In this document: positions 1 to 12,154 of the stretch, piece by piece | Layout of the letters: every line of letters begins with the position of its first letter | How positions within the stretch are numbered: position 1 is the stretch's first letter | The notes under the pieces: generated by a model | What the model saw: only the letters and a program-made list of their open reading frames with translations | The model's database searches: none | Told to the model about the DNA's origin: nothing | Made by a program: the position numbers and the translations under genes | Assembly (NCBI GenBank): GCA_951406725.2 | Contig: OX597814.1 | Location: 192,572,001 to 192,636,000, forward strand | Reading direction: 5' to 3' | DNA from: Octopus vulgaris | Taxonomy: Eukaryota | Length of the DNA: 64,000 bases

Positions 1-237
1 GAAGATGACGATGAAGTCAGTGAGGATGAAGACAATGATGATAGTGATAATAATGATGATAATGATCATGATGATGTTGCTGCTGATGATGGGGACAAAA
101 AGAGAGAGGAGGATGGAGACATTCGGACAGATTGTTCTGGAAGAATTCAAAACATGAAGTGTAGTCACGTAACAGAAAGAAACAAAGATGCAGAACTAGA
201 AACAGAATTCAAAAAGTTCTCTCTGAATCCATCTTAG
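1..237 (+). CDS. Possible 3' end of an upstream gene: acidic low-complexity open frame (EDDDEVSEDEDNDD...ELETEFKKFSLNPS*)
   Basis: Frame 1 is open from the window start to TAG at 235-237 (78 codons) and is followed by AT-rich UTR-like sequence. No recognisable domain; could partly be a degenerate (GAT)n tract. Confidence 0.4.
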   Translation, partial: EDDDEVSEDEDNDDSDNNDDNDHDDVAADDGDKKREEDGDIRTDCSGRIQNMKCSHVTERNKDAELETEFKKFSLNPS

Positions 238-1984
238 GACAGATGTTTAATCCAGATATTCTATGTAATTTGAAAATATATTAAAATTATTTAAAATACT
301 GAAATTATTGTATACAGTGCTCAGGTGCTCCACAACTTGTCAAAAAGTTATATTTATACAATTTGTCCAAAAATTATATTTATATAATTAAATCAATTTT
401 TTAAAGAAATAAAATGTTAAAATGATAGCAGACATTATAAGAATCATTTTGAGACAGAAAGGAACAACAGGTCTGCTTGACAGGATTTGAACTTCGTTTC
501 TAACATTTGCCAACTGGCTGTGTTGCCGTTTATGCCCCAGAACACCTGCTAGTCCTTCATCTGAATTGGTTAAGTTGGTATTTACATCTATTGTTTGTTT
601 TTTGGGTTTTTTTTTATTTTTATTTTTTCCTCCAAACGATATGTCCTGTGGTTCTGCACTTTGAAAGATTAATGAATAATAAAGAAAAACCCCTTACTTG
701 AAAAATTTGGGAGGTTTAGCAATAGAAAGGGCATCTGGTTGGTCAGTTACTTAGCAAAACAACAAATTAAACTCCATACCCTATCACTTATAATGATGAG
801 CTTGTGTGTAAGTTTGTCCCAAATCACACTAGGAGAAGTAGCAGAGTAAGTGAAATGAATGTTGAATGATGATAATGATGCCCATATATTAAATATTATA
901 CATTATACACCAATGTCCATATATAAATATTATTATTTTTTTTATTTATGCGCCCTTTTCAAGCTTAGCCAGACTCATGGGCCTGGTTTCTATGGCATAA
1001 GTGTTCACCCCAGCTGGATGGGACGCCAGTCCATTACAGCGTTACTCAAGAAACAGGAAGAAAGAGTGAGAGAAAGTTAGGCGAAAGAGTACAACAGGGG
1101 TCGCCGCCCCCCTGCTGGAGCTTCGTGTAGCTTTAGGTGTTTTCGCTCAATAAACACACACAACGCCCAGTCTGGGAATCAAAACCGCGAGTCTGCTGCC
1201 CTAACCATTGGGCCATTGCGCCTCCACATATAGATATTATATGTAATATATATGTCTATATATTGTAAGGATTGTAATTCAGCCCAGTTCTTTTCTGTCT
1301 CAAATTTGTTTCTGGCAATGTCTAATGTCATTTTACACAAGAAATCTGATGAATTAATTGAATTAATTTCTTCAAAATGTATTTTTTAGAAGACATTTGA
1401 ACCCTATTTTTGTAATTAATAAATGTAAGAAAAAAACCCTACCTCACAGTTCACTATCACTTCGATCAATTTTTTTATATTATGTCTTTGTGCAAACTTT
1501 TGTAGTTATTATAACATAAATGTCTGTGAGGTATTAACTCTTTAGCATTTAAACTGGCCATATCCGGCCCAAATATTCTACCTGTTTTATGCTCAAACTG
1601 ACCAGATCTAGCTTTTCACACCAACCCTACAGTGACATTCCAAAACTAAATAATCACATCATTGAAATCTCAAATCTAAAAGATAATGCACGATTAATTC
1701 AAAACATTGTCAATAAATAAGCATTACAATTGATGGAATAATCAATACTAAATGGTTAATGTAAAAAAAACGGCAGTTCTGTTGGAACACCATCTAATTT
1801 TAGTGCCTTGCTGTTATTCATCTGCTTAACTGCCAGAACTATCTCTCTGTACACTTACAATCCACACAGCGCGACTGAACCCAGAACCATGTGGTTCTGG
1901 GTTTGTATTGTGACTGAACCAAGAACCATGTGAGAAGCAAACTTCTCACCACACAGCCATGCCTGCACCTATTTGTATATATAA

Positions 1985-2235
1985 TGGGATGAAGTGGTGA
2001 AGCATGACCTTCGAACATTAGGCTTCACCAAGGCAATGACTAGTGACCGAGACCATTGGAAATATGCTGTGCTTGAGAAGCCCCGGCAAGCCAAGTGAGA
2101 CCATAACCTCGTGGCCTATGCCAGGGGTGTAACCAGCTCACTTATGCGTACCTTTCCTTCATTGGACATTAAACTCTGCTTGCTGCGAAGACCTGTTGTG
2201 ACAAGTGAAATCGAAATCAAATTCAATGACTGGCA
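1985..2235 (+). mobile_element. RTE-like LINE 3' fragment
   Basis: WDEVVKHDLRTLG....TSDRDHW...V matches an RTE ORF C-terminus; the 3' UTR is similar to ~27790-27840. Confidence 0.6.
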
Positions 2236-2821
2236 AGTTACGGGGACGTAAACACACCAGCATTGGTTGTCAAGCGATGTTGGGGGGACAAACACAGACA
2301 CAAAAACATACACACATACACATACATAGATATATAAATATATATATCACGTGACCATCAGATGTTGCTACACATCGCTGGTCACAATGTGTTCGCATTG
2401 TTTTAGCCTTCGAATGACGCCACCCTGCTGGCTAAGCGAGCAGGCCAACAGATGAAAGAGTGAGAGAAAGTGTGGTGAAAGAGTACAGCAGGGTTCACCA
2501 CCACCCCCTGTTGGAGCCTCGTGGAGCTTTAGGTGTTTTCACTCAATAAACAGTCACAACGCCCGGTCTGGGATTCGAAACCGCGATCGTACGATCGCGG
2601 TTTCGAATCCCAGACCGGATATATATACAAAATAAGAAAATGGAGGAATACACTTTAATCAATCATCAACTACCAGATAATACCCATTCACATAATTTAT
2701 TAACCAACTACATAGGAACATCAAGATCAAACACAATAATACAGAACAAAACAGTACGCATCAATGAGTTATATGATACCATATGTACAATACGTATAAA
2801 TAAATATAATTTATAAACTAG

Positions 2822-2948
2822 ATCTTACAGCTGTTTCAGTCATGTAGATAGGAGTATCTCATTATGCTCATATTAGCCAGGTGTGTTAAGGTAATATGTA
2901 GTTATAAATGAGATACTTACATATATACCCCAAGGCCTCTTCAGAGAT
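2822..2948 (-). ncRNA. Type I hammerhead ribozyme-like motif, canonical core with long stem II (Penelope-like element terminus)
   Basis: atct-CUGAAGA-ggcc...(~100 nt, partly self-complementary)...gact-GAAA-CAGCUG-UA-agat; stem I atct/agat, palindromic helix III ACAGCUGU, GUA cleavage triplet. Confidence 0.6.
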
Positions 2949-3935
2949 TATGAATATAAGAGAAGGTACACATATACAAGAATAAGTACATATACATAAA
3001 CATAATATATAATATAATATACACATACATATAAGTGTATATACACATGCACCTACATATATATAAGTATATACATAATAATATACATACATATAAGATT
3101 ACAGTTATATACGATGGGCTTCTTTTAGTTTCTGTCTACCAAATCCACTCACAAGGCTTTGGTTGGCCTGAGGCTAGTAGAAGACATTTGCCGAAGGTGC
3201 CACGCAGTGAGACTGAACCCAGAACCATGTAGTTGGTAAGCAAGCTACTTACCACACAGTCTTTTCATTGCATAAGATTTTATGTACATGCATTACAGTA
3301 CAGTGTGTCAAATGATGTTGCAGCATAATTTTGAGCCCAGCTCAATGATTTGGCAACAAAAAACATCCAGAAAAACCTTAGTGTCTCCAAAGTGTAGTCA
3401 TGAGAAAATCTTTGTGGACGTCCTGGTTTTCAGAAACATAACAACAATAACTGATTTGTGTTTCATTCCAGAGAAATCATGTATAATACCAATCTTCAAA
3501 CTTTTTTCTGATCTCATATACAGTGATCCCTTGTTTATTGCGGTAGATTGGTTCCGAGACCGGCCGTGATAACTGAATTTCTGTGAAGTAGGGACACCAT
3601 ATTTACAGTATTTATTTAACATGTATTTGGACTTTTAAAACACTCCCTGTACTGCTAATATCCACCCATTACAGTAGTCTATTAATAACAAGGACAACTG
3701 TTAAGCAATATTCTTTTACTTCTATTCTTTTACTTGTTTCAGTCATTTGACTGCGGCCATGCTGGAGCACCACCTTTAGTTGATCAAATCGATCCGGGGA
3801 CTTATTCTTTGTAAGCCTAGTACTTATTTTATCGGTCTATTTTTTGCCGAACCGTTAAGTTACGGGGACATAAACACACCAGCATCGGTTGTCAAGCGAT
3901 GTTGGGGGGACAAACAGACACACAAACGCGCACAC

Positions 3936-3975
<40 letters not shown>

Positions 3976-5025
3976 GGTGGGCTTCTTTCAGTTTCCGTCT
4001 ACCAAATCCACTCACAAGGCTTTGGTCGGCCCGAGGCTATAGTAGAAGACACTTACCCAAGGTGCCACGCAGTGGGACTGAACCCGGAACCATGTGGTTC
4101 GTAAGCAAGCTACTTACCACACAGCCACTCCTACGCCTATAACACTTTAGATTTTAAAAAAATAAAGATTGTTACTATTACACAGGCTAGATTACAAAAT
4201 AGAAAGCTGTGATTTGTCATCTCTCTCCATTGCACCAATCACAACCCGTCTTAAGTTCAAATACCCCTGTATATGCTTTTTTGCTATTTTACGCTTGTTT
4301 TGTTGTTCATAGACTAGGAAATAGTATTTATCTCTTACTAGCAGTATCGCCCGGCGTTGCTCGGGTTTGTAAGGGAAATAATTATATAAGCATTTTTAGA
4401 GATGTAAAGTATAATAGCCATCTCAATATGGCTAACCACAAAGGGGGAGGGGTGTTACTGTAGCTTTTTACGTTCTGAGATTTAATAATAAATTTTAGAG
4501 AGTTACTTCCCTTATATATGTCAAAAATGGATTAAAAATGGGAAAAATTGATGGTAAATTTTTTTTTAAATCGTAGACTCATCGTAGACGCGCGCTAATA
4601 CCCAGACGGTCTCGATATGAATCACGACTATAAGATACCCGGTTTTGGTTAAACTGCACCGCAAAATGTGGGAGTAGTTAGGAATCTAAATCGTAGGAGA
4701 CAGACACACAACCTCACTTTTATATATAAAGATTTCCCCTATTTACATAATATTGAGGTCTCTTTCTTTCTTTTGTTATCTTACTGTTTTTACCAATATA
4801 CATATATATATATATATAAATATATATATAGTTACAGAGATGTACTTGCATAGCAAGTGACTTGATCTGAGATCGTGTGTTGGAACGAAAACAGTTGCAG
4901 CGTTGAAGGTGTTTATAAGCCATTTAAGAAACACACAAAAACCGTTAGATTCACTTCAACATTTAAATTTAATTTGTCAAAATATTTTCAGTCGCTTTGA
5001 GACCACGACCTGTTAGCACGATATT

Positions 5026-5076
5026 TTTGTCAGTGAACAGGTCGCGGTCTCAAAGCGACGAAAATATTTTGGCAAA
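5026..5076 (+). ncRNA. Minimal hammerhead-like motif with G3-C8 variant core (mirror copy 7746-7796 on -)
   Basis: uuuguca-GUGAACA-G-gucgc-ggucucaaa-gcgac-GAAA-AUAU-UU-uggcaaa; 7-bp stem I, 5-bp stem II, palindromic helix III AAUAUU. Confidence 0.55.
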
Positions 5077-5515
5077 TTAAATTTAAATGTTGAAGTGAAT
5101 GTAACGGTTTTTGTGTGTTTCTTAAATGGCTTACAAACACCTTCCAGGCTGCAATATATATATACACACATATATATATATGTATGTATGTATGTGTGTA
5201 TATGTGTATGCATGTATGTGTGTGTGTGTGCGTGTCTGTGCTTGTGATTGTCCTCCACCACTGCTTGACAACGAATGTTGGTTTGTTTACATCCCTGTCA
5301 CCTAGTGGTTTGACAAAGGAAACAGATAGAATAAGTACAATGCTTACAAAAATAAAACTGGAGTTGATTCATTAAACTACAATTCTTCAAGGCATTGCCC
5401 CAGCATGGCCACAGACCAATGGCTGGAAAAAGCAGAAGAATAAAAGAATACATTCTCTGCTTTGGTCTTATGTTCAAGGCATGAGAAAGCTTGAGTTTAC
5501 ATGAGAAGGCCTAAC

Positions 5516-5992
5516 AGACCTGGTAGAAACAGCAGCCAAATCTCCCTCAAATCACACCTTACTGTCTTATGTATGTATATATATATGAGCCAATGAGGGG
5601 ACCTCTACATGGTAGCTAGACCTGGTAGAAATAGCAGCCAAATTTCCCCCAAATCACACCTTACTGTCTTATCTATGTATATATGTATGTATGAGCCTAT
5701 GAGGGAGACCCCTACATGGCAGCTAGACCTGGTAGAAATAGCAGCCAAATTTCCCCCAAATCACACCTTACTGTCTTATCTATGTATATATGTATGTATG
5801 AGCCTATGAGGGAGACCCCTACATGGCAGCTAGACCTGGTAGAAATAGCAGCCAAATTTCCCCCTAATCACACCTTACTGTCTTATCTATGTATATATGT
5901 ATGTATGAGCCTATGAGGGAGACCCCTACATGGCAGCTAGACATGGTAGAAATAGCAGCCAAATCTCCCTCAAATCACACCTTACTGTCTTA
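5516..5992 (+). repeat. 107-bp tandem repeat (~4.5 copies), mirrored at ~6828-7305
   Basis: The unit agacctggtagaaatagcagccaaatttcccccaaatcacaccttactgtcttatctatgtata... recurs with 107-bp period (ORF starts 5609, 5716, 5930). Confidence 0.92.
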
Positions 5993-6058
5993 TCTTTCTG
6001 CTACTTGGATATAGGTGTTATATTCGTCGTAAAAAACTTTCCTGTCACACACTCACGC

Positions 6059-6098
<40 letters not shown>

Positions 6099-6312
6099 CC
6101 TCACACACACACACACGCGCACACCCACACACACCCACTCACACACACGCACGTTAGCTTACAATTTTATTTATATATTTGCGTGTCTATGTGTTGAAAG
6201 AGGAAGTGGGAGGCAGAGTGAAAGAATCACTCACTACAGTAAGTCAATTACTTTCATAGATTTGTATAACTCCCAAAGGGAGGCAGATAAAATCTGCCTT
6301 TTATAATAAGAG

Positions 6313-6728
6313 ATTATAAAAGGCAGATTTTATCTGCCTCCCTTTGGGAGTTATACAAATCTACAATATAGCATTTCTTCAATTACAATTTACCTTGCAT
6401 TTTTAAGAGTACAATGCATCGCGTCATGCCAGGTCCAGTTTTTAAAATTTAAACTCCAATTAAGCAAAATTTACAGAAAACTCACATTCTGGTGTGTGTG
6501 TCAAATGCTTTTCTTAGTCTGGTTTACAGCACACGCAAACGCACACACACAGTGGGCAACGAATAAAATGAAAGTAATTGACTTACTGTAGTGAGTGATT
6601 CTTTCACTCTGCCTCCCACTTCCTCTTTCAACACATAGACACGCAAATATATAAATAAAATTGTAAGCTAACGTGCGTGTGTGTGTGAGTGGGTGTGTGT
6701 GGGTGTGCGCGTGTGTGTGTGTGTGAGG

Positions 6729-6767
<39 letters not shown>

Positions 6768-8481
6768 AGTGTGTGACAGGAAAGTTTTTACGACGAATAT
6801 AACACCTATATCCAAGTAGCAGAAAGATAAGACAGTAAGGTGTGATTTGAGGGAGATTTGGCTGCTATTTCTACCATGTCTAGCTGCCATGTAGGGGTCT
6901 CCTCATAGGCTCATACATACATATATACATAGATAAGACAGTAAGGTGTGATTTGGGGGAGATTTGGCTGCTATTTCTACCAGGTCTAGCTGCCATGTAG
7001 GGGTCTCCCTCATAGGCTCATACATACATATATACATAGATAAGACAGTAAGGTGTGATTTGGGGGAAATTTGGCTGCTATTTCTACCAGGTCTAGCTGC
7101 CATGTAGGGGTCTCCCTCATAGGCTCATACATACATATATACATAGATAAGACAGTAAGGTGTGATTTGGGGGAAATTTGGCTGCTATTTCTACCAGGTC
7201 TAGCTACCATGTAGAGGTCCCCCTCATTGGCTCATATATATATACATACATAAGACAGTAAGGTGTGATTTGAGGGAGATTTGGCTGCTGTTTCTACCAG
7301 GTCTGTTAGGCCTTCTCATGTAAACTCAAGCTTTCTCATGCCTTGAACATAAGACCAAAGCAGAGAATGTATTCTTTTATTCTTCTGCTTTTTCCAGCCA
7401 TTGGTCTGTGGCCATGCTGGGGCAATGCCTTGAAGAATTGTAGTTTAATGAATCAACTCCAGTTTTATTTTTGTAAGCATTGTACTTATTCTATCTGTTT
7501 CCTTTGTCAAACCACTAGGTGACAGGGATGTAAACAAACCAACATTCGTTGTCAAGCAGTGGTGGAGGACAATCACAAGCACAGACACGCACACACACAC
7601 ACATACATGCATACACATATACACACATACATACATACATATATATATATATGTGTGTATATATATATTGCAGCGTGGAAGGTGTTTGTAAGCCATTTAA
7701 GAAACACACAAAAACCGTTACATTCACTTCAACATTTAAATTTAATTTGCCAAAATATTTTCGTCGCTTTGAGACCGCGACCTGTTCACTGACAAAAATA
7801 TCGTGCTAACAGGTCGTGGTCTCAAAGCGACGAAAATATTTTGACAAATTAAATTTAAATGTTGAAGTGAATCTAACGGTTTTTGTGTGTTTCTTAAATG
7901 GCTTATAAACACCTTCAACGCTGCAACTGTTTTCGTTCCAACACACGATCTCAGATCAAGTCACTTGCTATGCAAGTACATCTCTGTAACTATATATATA
8001 TTTATATATATATATATATATGTATATTGGTAAAAACAGTAAGATAACAAAAGAAAGAAAGAGACCTCAATATTATGTAAATAGAGGAAATCTTTATATA
8101 TAAAAGTGAGGTTGTGTGTCTGTCTCCTACGATTTAGATTCCTAACTACTCCCACATTTTGCGGTGCAGTTTAACCAAAACCGGGTATCTTATAGTCGTG
8201 ATTCATATCGAGACCGTCTGGGTATTAGCGCGCGTCTACGATGAGTCTACGATTTAAAAAAAATTTACCATCAATTTTTCCCATTTTTAATCCATTTTTG
8301 ACATATATAAGGGAAGTAACTCTCTAAAATTTATTAAATCTCAGAACGTAAAAAGCTACAGTAACACCCCTCCCCCTTTGTGGTTAGCCATATTGAGATG
8401 GCTATTATACTTTACATCTCTAAAAATGCTTATATAATTATTTCCCTTACAAACCCGAGCAACGCCGGGCGATACTGCTAG
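6313..8481 (+). mobile_element. Composite non-autonomous Helitron, copy 2 (first ~6 nt missing), containing an inner Helitron at 8091-8481
   Basis: Same 5' sequence minus TCTCTT; inner element A|TCTTTATATATAAAAGTGAGG...hairpin...CTAG|T. Confidence 0.7.
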
Positions 8482-8525
8482 TTATTAATATTTTAATGGA
8501 TTTAATGAAAAATTTTAGGCATTCA

Positions 8526-8889
8526 TCTCTCTATATATAAACGGCAAAATGTCTGCGTGTGTGTCCTTTATACAAATCCACAATTTTTCAGTTAGAGGGC
8601 TCACACTTTCTATGGTCATTCAAAACTGTCCAAGGGTGGTCGTGCACATCTTTACATTTCCCCAGTCACCCAACAAATCCATTAAAAAATCAATAGAAGT
8701 GACTTTTTTGTGAATTTTGTATCTAAAACCCAATCAAAATGCCCGAAACTTGATACGCCAAATGAATGCCAGCTAGCTGTATGTGATTGGTCGGAGATTT
8801 GGACAGTACTCGCGTGTATGTGCGCACGCATGCAGCTATATATGCATGCACTAGCACTATGACCCGGCGTTGCCAGGTCATAGTGCTAG
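8526..8889 (+). mobile_element. Non-autonomous Helitron
   Basis: A|TCTCTCTATATATAAA 5' end; 3' hairpin 8850-8890 ending CTAG|T; inserted between A and T with no TSD. Confidence 0.75.
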
Positions 8890-11158
8890 TATATATATAT
8901 TTTTGAAATCCGCGAAGTCGTGAATCTGTGATAGTTGAACCGCAAAATACTGAGGGATCACTGTAGGGTGTTATGAATATATGCCTCTAAGATTTCATTT
9001 TGTATGGTATAAGATAGGAAATTAACTCGTCGTTTAGGCTGTTGATTTACTTCTGCACTACATTCTTTGGCAAGTTTCCTGTGACACATGTTAACTTTCT
9101 CTTGAAAGATGGAACTGGAAACTTCTTTTATTTTCTACTAAGAATATTCCTTGAAAGTTCTCTCCCCCACCCCACCCTGTTATTTGCGCAATTTTTTTTT
9201 TTTTCTCATATTCGTTTTCTACACATTTTTTTTTTACACCTATTAGACTGGTTTTTCTTTGTTTTGTTGACCGGGCGCTAAACTAGATCCAGAAAGTTAT
9301 GAGGGGAAAAAAACGGATCGTGTGAACTTTCCGACAGTCTTCTCCTCACCCCCTTCAGAGAAAAACTTCCCCTTAAATTTCTTTATAATCGTAATCTATG
9401 CTGTTTGAAAGGTGTTTCTATAAAATTTCACTAAAAGATATCCATTTTCCGATAGTCCTCTCCCCACTCCATCGGAAAATATTTTCCCCAGAATTTCTTT
9501 ATAATCATAATTTGTGCCATTTGAACGGTATTTCTATAAAATTTCATTTTCCTGAAAGTTATGAGGGAAAAATCAGATCTTTTGAATTTTCCAAAAGTTC
9601 TCTCCCCGTTCGTTTGCGCCAATTTTTTTCCATATTCGCTTCTACACATATTTTTTTTTTTTTACACATAGTAGGCTGGGTTTTTTTTTATTGTTTTCGT
9701 TATTGGGTCTCAAACTGTATATTAACCGAATTTTTATAGAAATACCTTTCAAACGGCATAGATTACGATTATAAAGAAATTTGTAGGGAACATGTTTTCT
9801 GAAAGGGTGGGGAGAAGATTTTGGGAAAATTCACACGATCCTATTTTTTCCCTCTTAACTTTCAGGAAAGTGAGTATCTTTTAGTGAAAGTTTATACAAA
9901 CACCTTTCAAACGGCATACTCTTTTACTCTAAGTGACGGGGACGTAAACACACCAGCATCGGTTGTCAAGCAATGCTAGGGGGACAAACACAGACACACA
10001 AACACATACACACACACACACATATAAATATACATATATACGACAGGCTTCTTTCAGTTTCCATCTACCAAATCCACTCACAAGGCATTGGTCGGCCCGG
10101 GGCTATAGCAGAAGACACTTGCCCAAGATGCCACGCAGTGGGATTGAACCCGGAACCATGTGGTTGGTTAGCAAGCTACTTACCACACAGCCACTCCTGC
10201 GCATAGATTACGATTATAAAGAAATTTGTGGGGGAAATTTTTTTCCGGGGTGGTAGGGAGAAAAGTTTAGGAAAAACGGAATTTCGGAAATCAGAAAGAA
10301 CACATAAGTTTATTTTTTTAAACCCCACCCACCTCTTGACTGATTTTGGCCACTCTTTTGCATTTAAAAACTATGGGAGGAGCCTTTTCGGTAAAAAAAA
10401 AAAAAGAGAAAATAGTAAATATTTTCAAAGGAAAATGTGTGATTTAAGGAAAATTTGGCTGTTGTTTCTAGCACATCCCAAGACAACCCTCCTCGTTTCT
10501 TTCTCACCCTTGCATGTACTGATGTTTTTCAATATTTTTCTTCCCATAAACACATTTATGCTATAAAAAAATTTGAAAATTTATAATTCTTTTCAACCCC
10601 GTTCCTGACTGTTTCTGTTTATAAGTTAAAATATTAGAGAGCCTGAGGTCATTTCTGGTATTTTATCCACAGTGATTAAAAAAAAAAAAATAGTATGTGA
10701 AAGATAATTAATTTTAAATAGCATACCTTTTTGTTAGAAAATGTTTTTTTCTTCTTAAATACATACACGGCCTCGCTTAATTAAGGTAGGGGTAAAAATT
10801 CAAATTGTCATTTTTTTTTGTTGGTGCTTATATCCCACCAATGGAACACGCGTTTGATCCATTGGTATCACCATTAAGAGGCTGGGGAGGAGAATAAAAA
10901 AATTCGAAAATTTTCCAAACTGTTTTTTCATATAAGGATGCTCCCCATCATTTCGAAGGCTGTAGTGAAAAACAATTTGAAAAATCCCCGTCAAAACGGA
11001 GAAATTCCAACTTATGTGGTCTTCTTGATTCGAAAGTCCGTTTTTCCAAAACTCCTCTCCTCACCCCCTTGGTAAAAATTTTCCTCACAAATGTTTTGTA
11101 ATTGTAATCTAATATTTTCCAGGTGTCTCAGGTACACGCGACCAAACAAAACAAAAAG

Positions 11159-11162
<4 letters not shown>

Positions 11163-11231
<69 letters not shown>
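11163..11231. repeat. (AG)n microsatellite
   Basis: Direct reading. Confidence 0.98.
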
Positions 11232-11234
<3 letters not shown>

Positions 11235-11531
11235 GTCTGAACATTTTTAATCAAATGAAATGGTGAGCCTGGCATCCTCTCAAATAGGGACGTGTGAACA
11301 AAATTAAATGTGTCTGACTGCGGTTGAAATCATGCGGTTGCACGCGTAACTGAAATCTATGGTTATGAATAGCAGAAGATGCAATATGATCAAATGTGAT
11401 CTTGCAGAAAAATAATTCACAAGTTCGTTCACGAAGTATTTTTCAGAATAGAGGAGCTGGGCCGGTTAACGGCAAAGTTCTTGTTATCGTTGGCAGCTCG
11501 CCTTACCAAGGTGTCAGGTGATGCCCATAAG

Positions 11532-11843
11532 CAGTGGTTCCCAAAGTGGGCGGTATTGCCCCTCTGAGGGCGGTGAAAAGTTCCAATGGAGCGTCGGAGA
11601 AAAGTGGGGCTGATAATGGGGCAGCGATTGATGTAAAAAGTGGGGCGATAATCGGGTAGCGATTCATGTAAAAATAACAAAATAATGGATTCATTAGGTT
11701 GAGTTTATTTGTGAAATACAGTTGTTTTGAATTTACTTCAGAAAGAGGTCTATGTTTGTGATGGTTAATTGGGGGTGGGGGCGGTATGAATGTTTGTCTG
11801 GGTGTCAAGGGGGCAGCACCCCCAAAAAGTTTGGGAACCAATG
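11532..11843. mobile_element. hAT-type MITE
   Basis: TIRs CAGTGGTTCCCAAA and TTTGGGAACCAATG, with 8-bp TSD cccataag/cccatgag. Confidence 0.8.
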
Positions 11844-12154
11844 CCCATGAGAGTGCTTGGCTGTTCCAACGCCTTAGCCGTGGTAATGTCGCGAGCGTGT
11901 TGGCTTGCTTCAGTAGGTTCTGTTGAACCCTAAGTCGGTTCTATTAAACCAATCGAGGCACTTTGTGTTGCATTGGTGTTTTATTTTACCCTTTTCCTTT
12001 CTTTTTTTACTCTTTCATTTTCTTGTCCCTCTTTTTCCATTTTCATTTTTGGATATTGGTTAATCGGATATGTATACACCAACACTATATATACGTTACA
12101 CATGATTGATTCTAATGATATTATAAAGTTGTTTCTGACTTTAATACTAATGAA

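Larger units (their letters stand above)
4338..6313 (-). mobile_element. Composite non-autonomous Helitron, copy 1 (lacks ~200 bp present in copy 2)
   Basis: Begins A|TCTCTTATTATAAAAGGCAG at 6313; ends with GC hairpin CCCGAGCAACGCCGGG plus CTAG|T at 4338. Confidence 0.7.
4337..8482. repeat. ~4.1 kb near-perfect inverted repeat (arms 4337-6257 and ~6568-8482, central hairpin 6257-6363)
   Basis: The arms read as reverse complements with only scattered SNPs, 1-nt indels and microsatellite length differences; mirrored ORFs appear in the ORF track (e.g. 5609+ and 7010-). Confidence 0.97.
3521..8963. mobile_element. Tigger/pogo-like MITE (TIR CAGTGATCCCT, TA TSD) hosting the nested SINE and Helitron palindrome
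   Basis: ta|cagtgatccct at 3519-3531 and agggatcactg|ta at 8953-8965. Confidence 0.65.

Noticed and set aside
5609-7210. Repeated 66-aa ORFs (MAARPGRNSSQ...)
   Set aside because: Artefacts of the 107-bp tandem repeat and its inverted copy; no splice or domain support.
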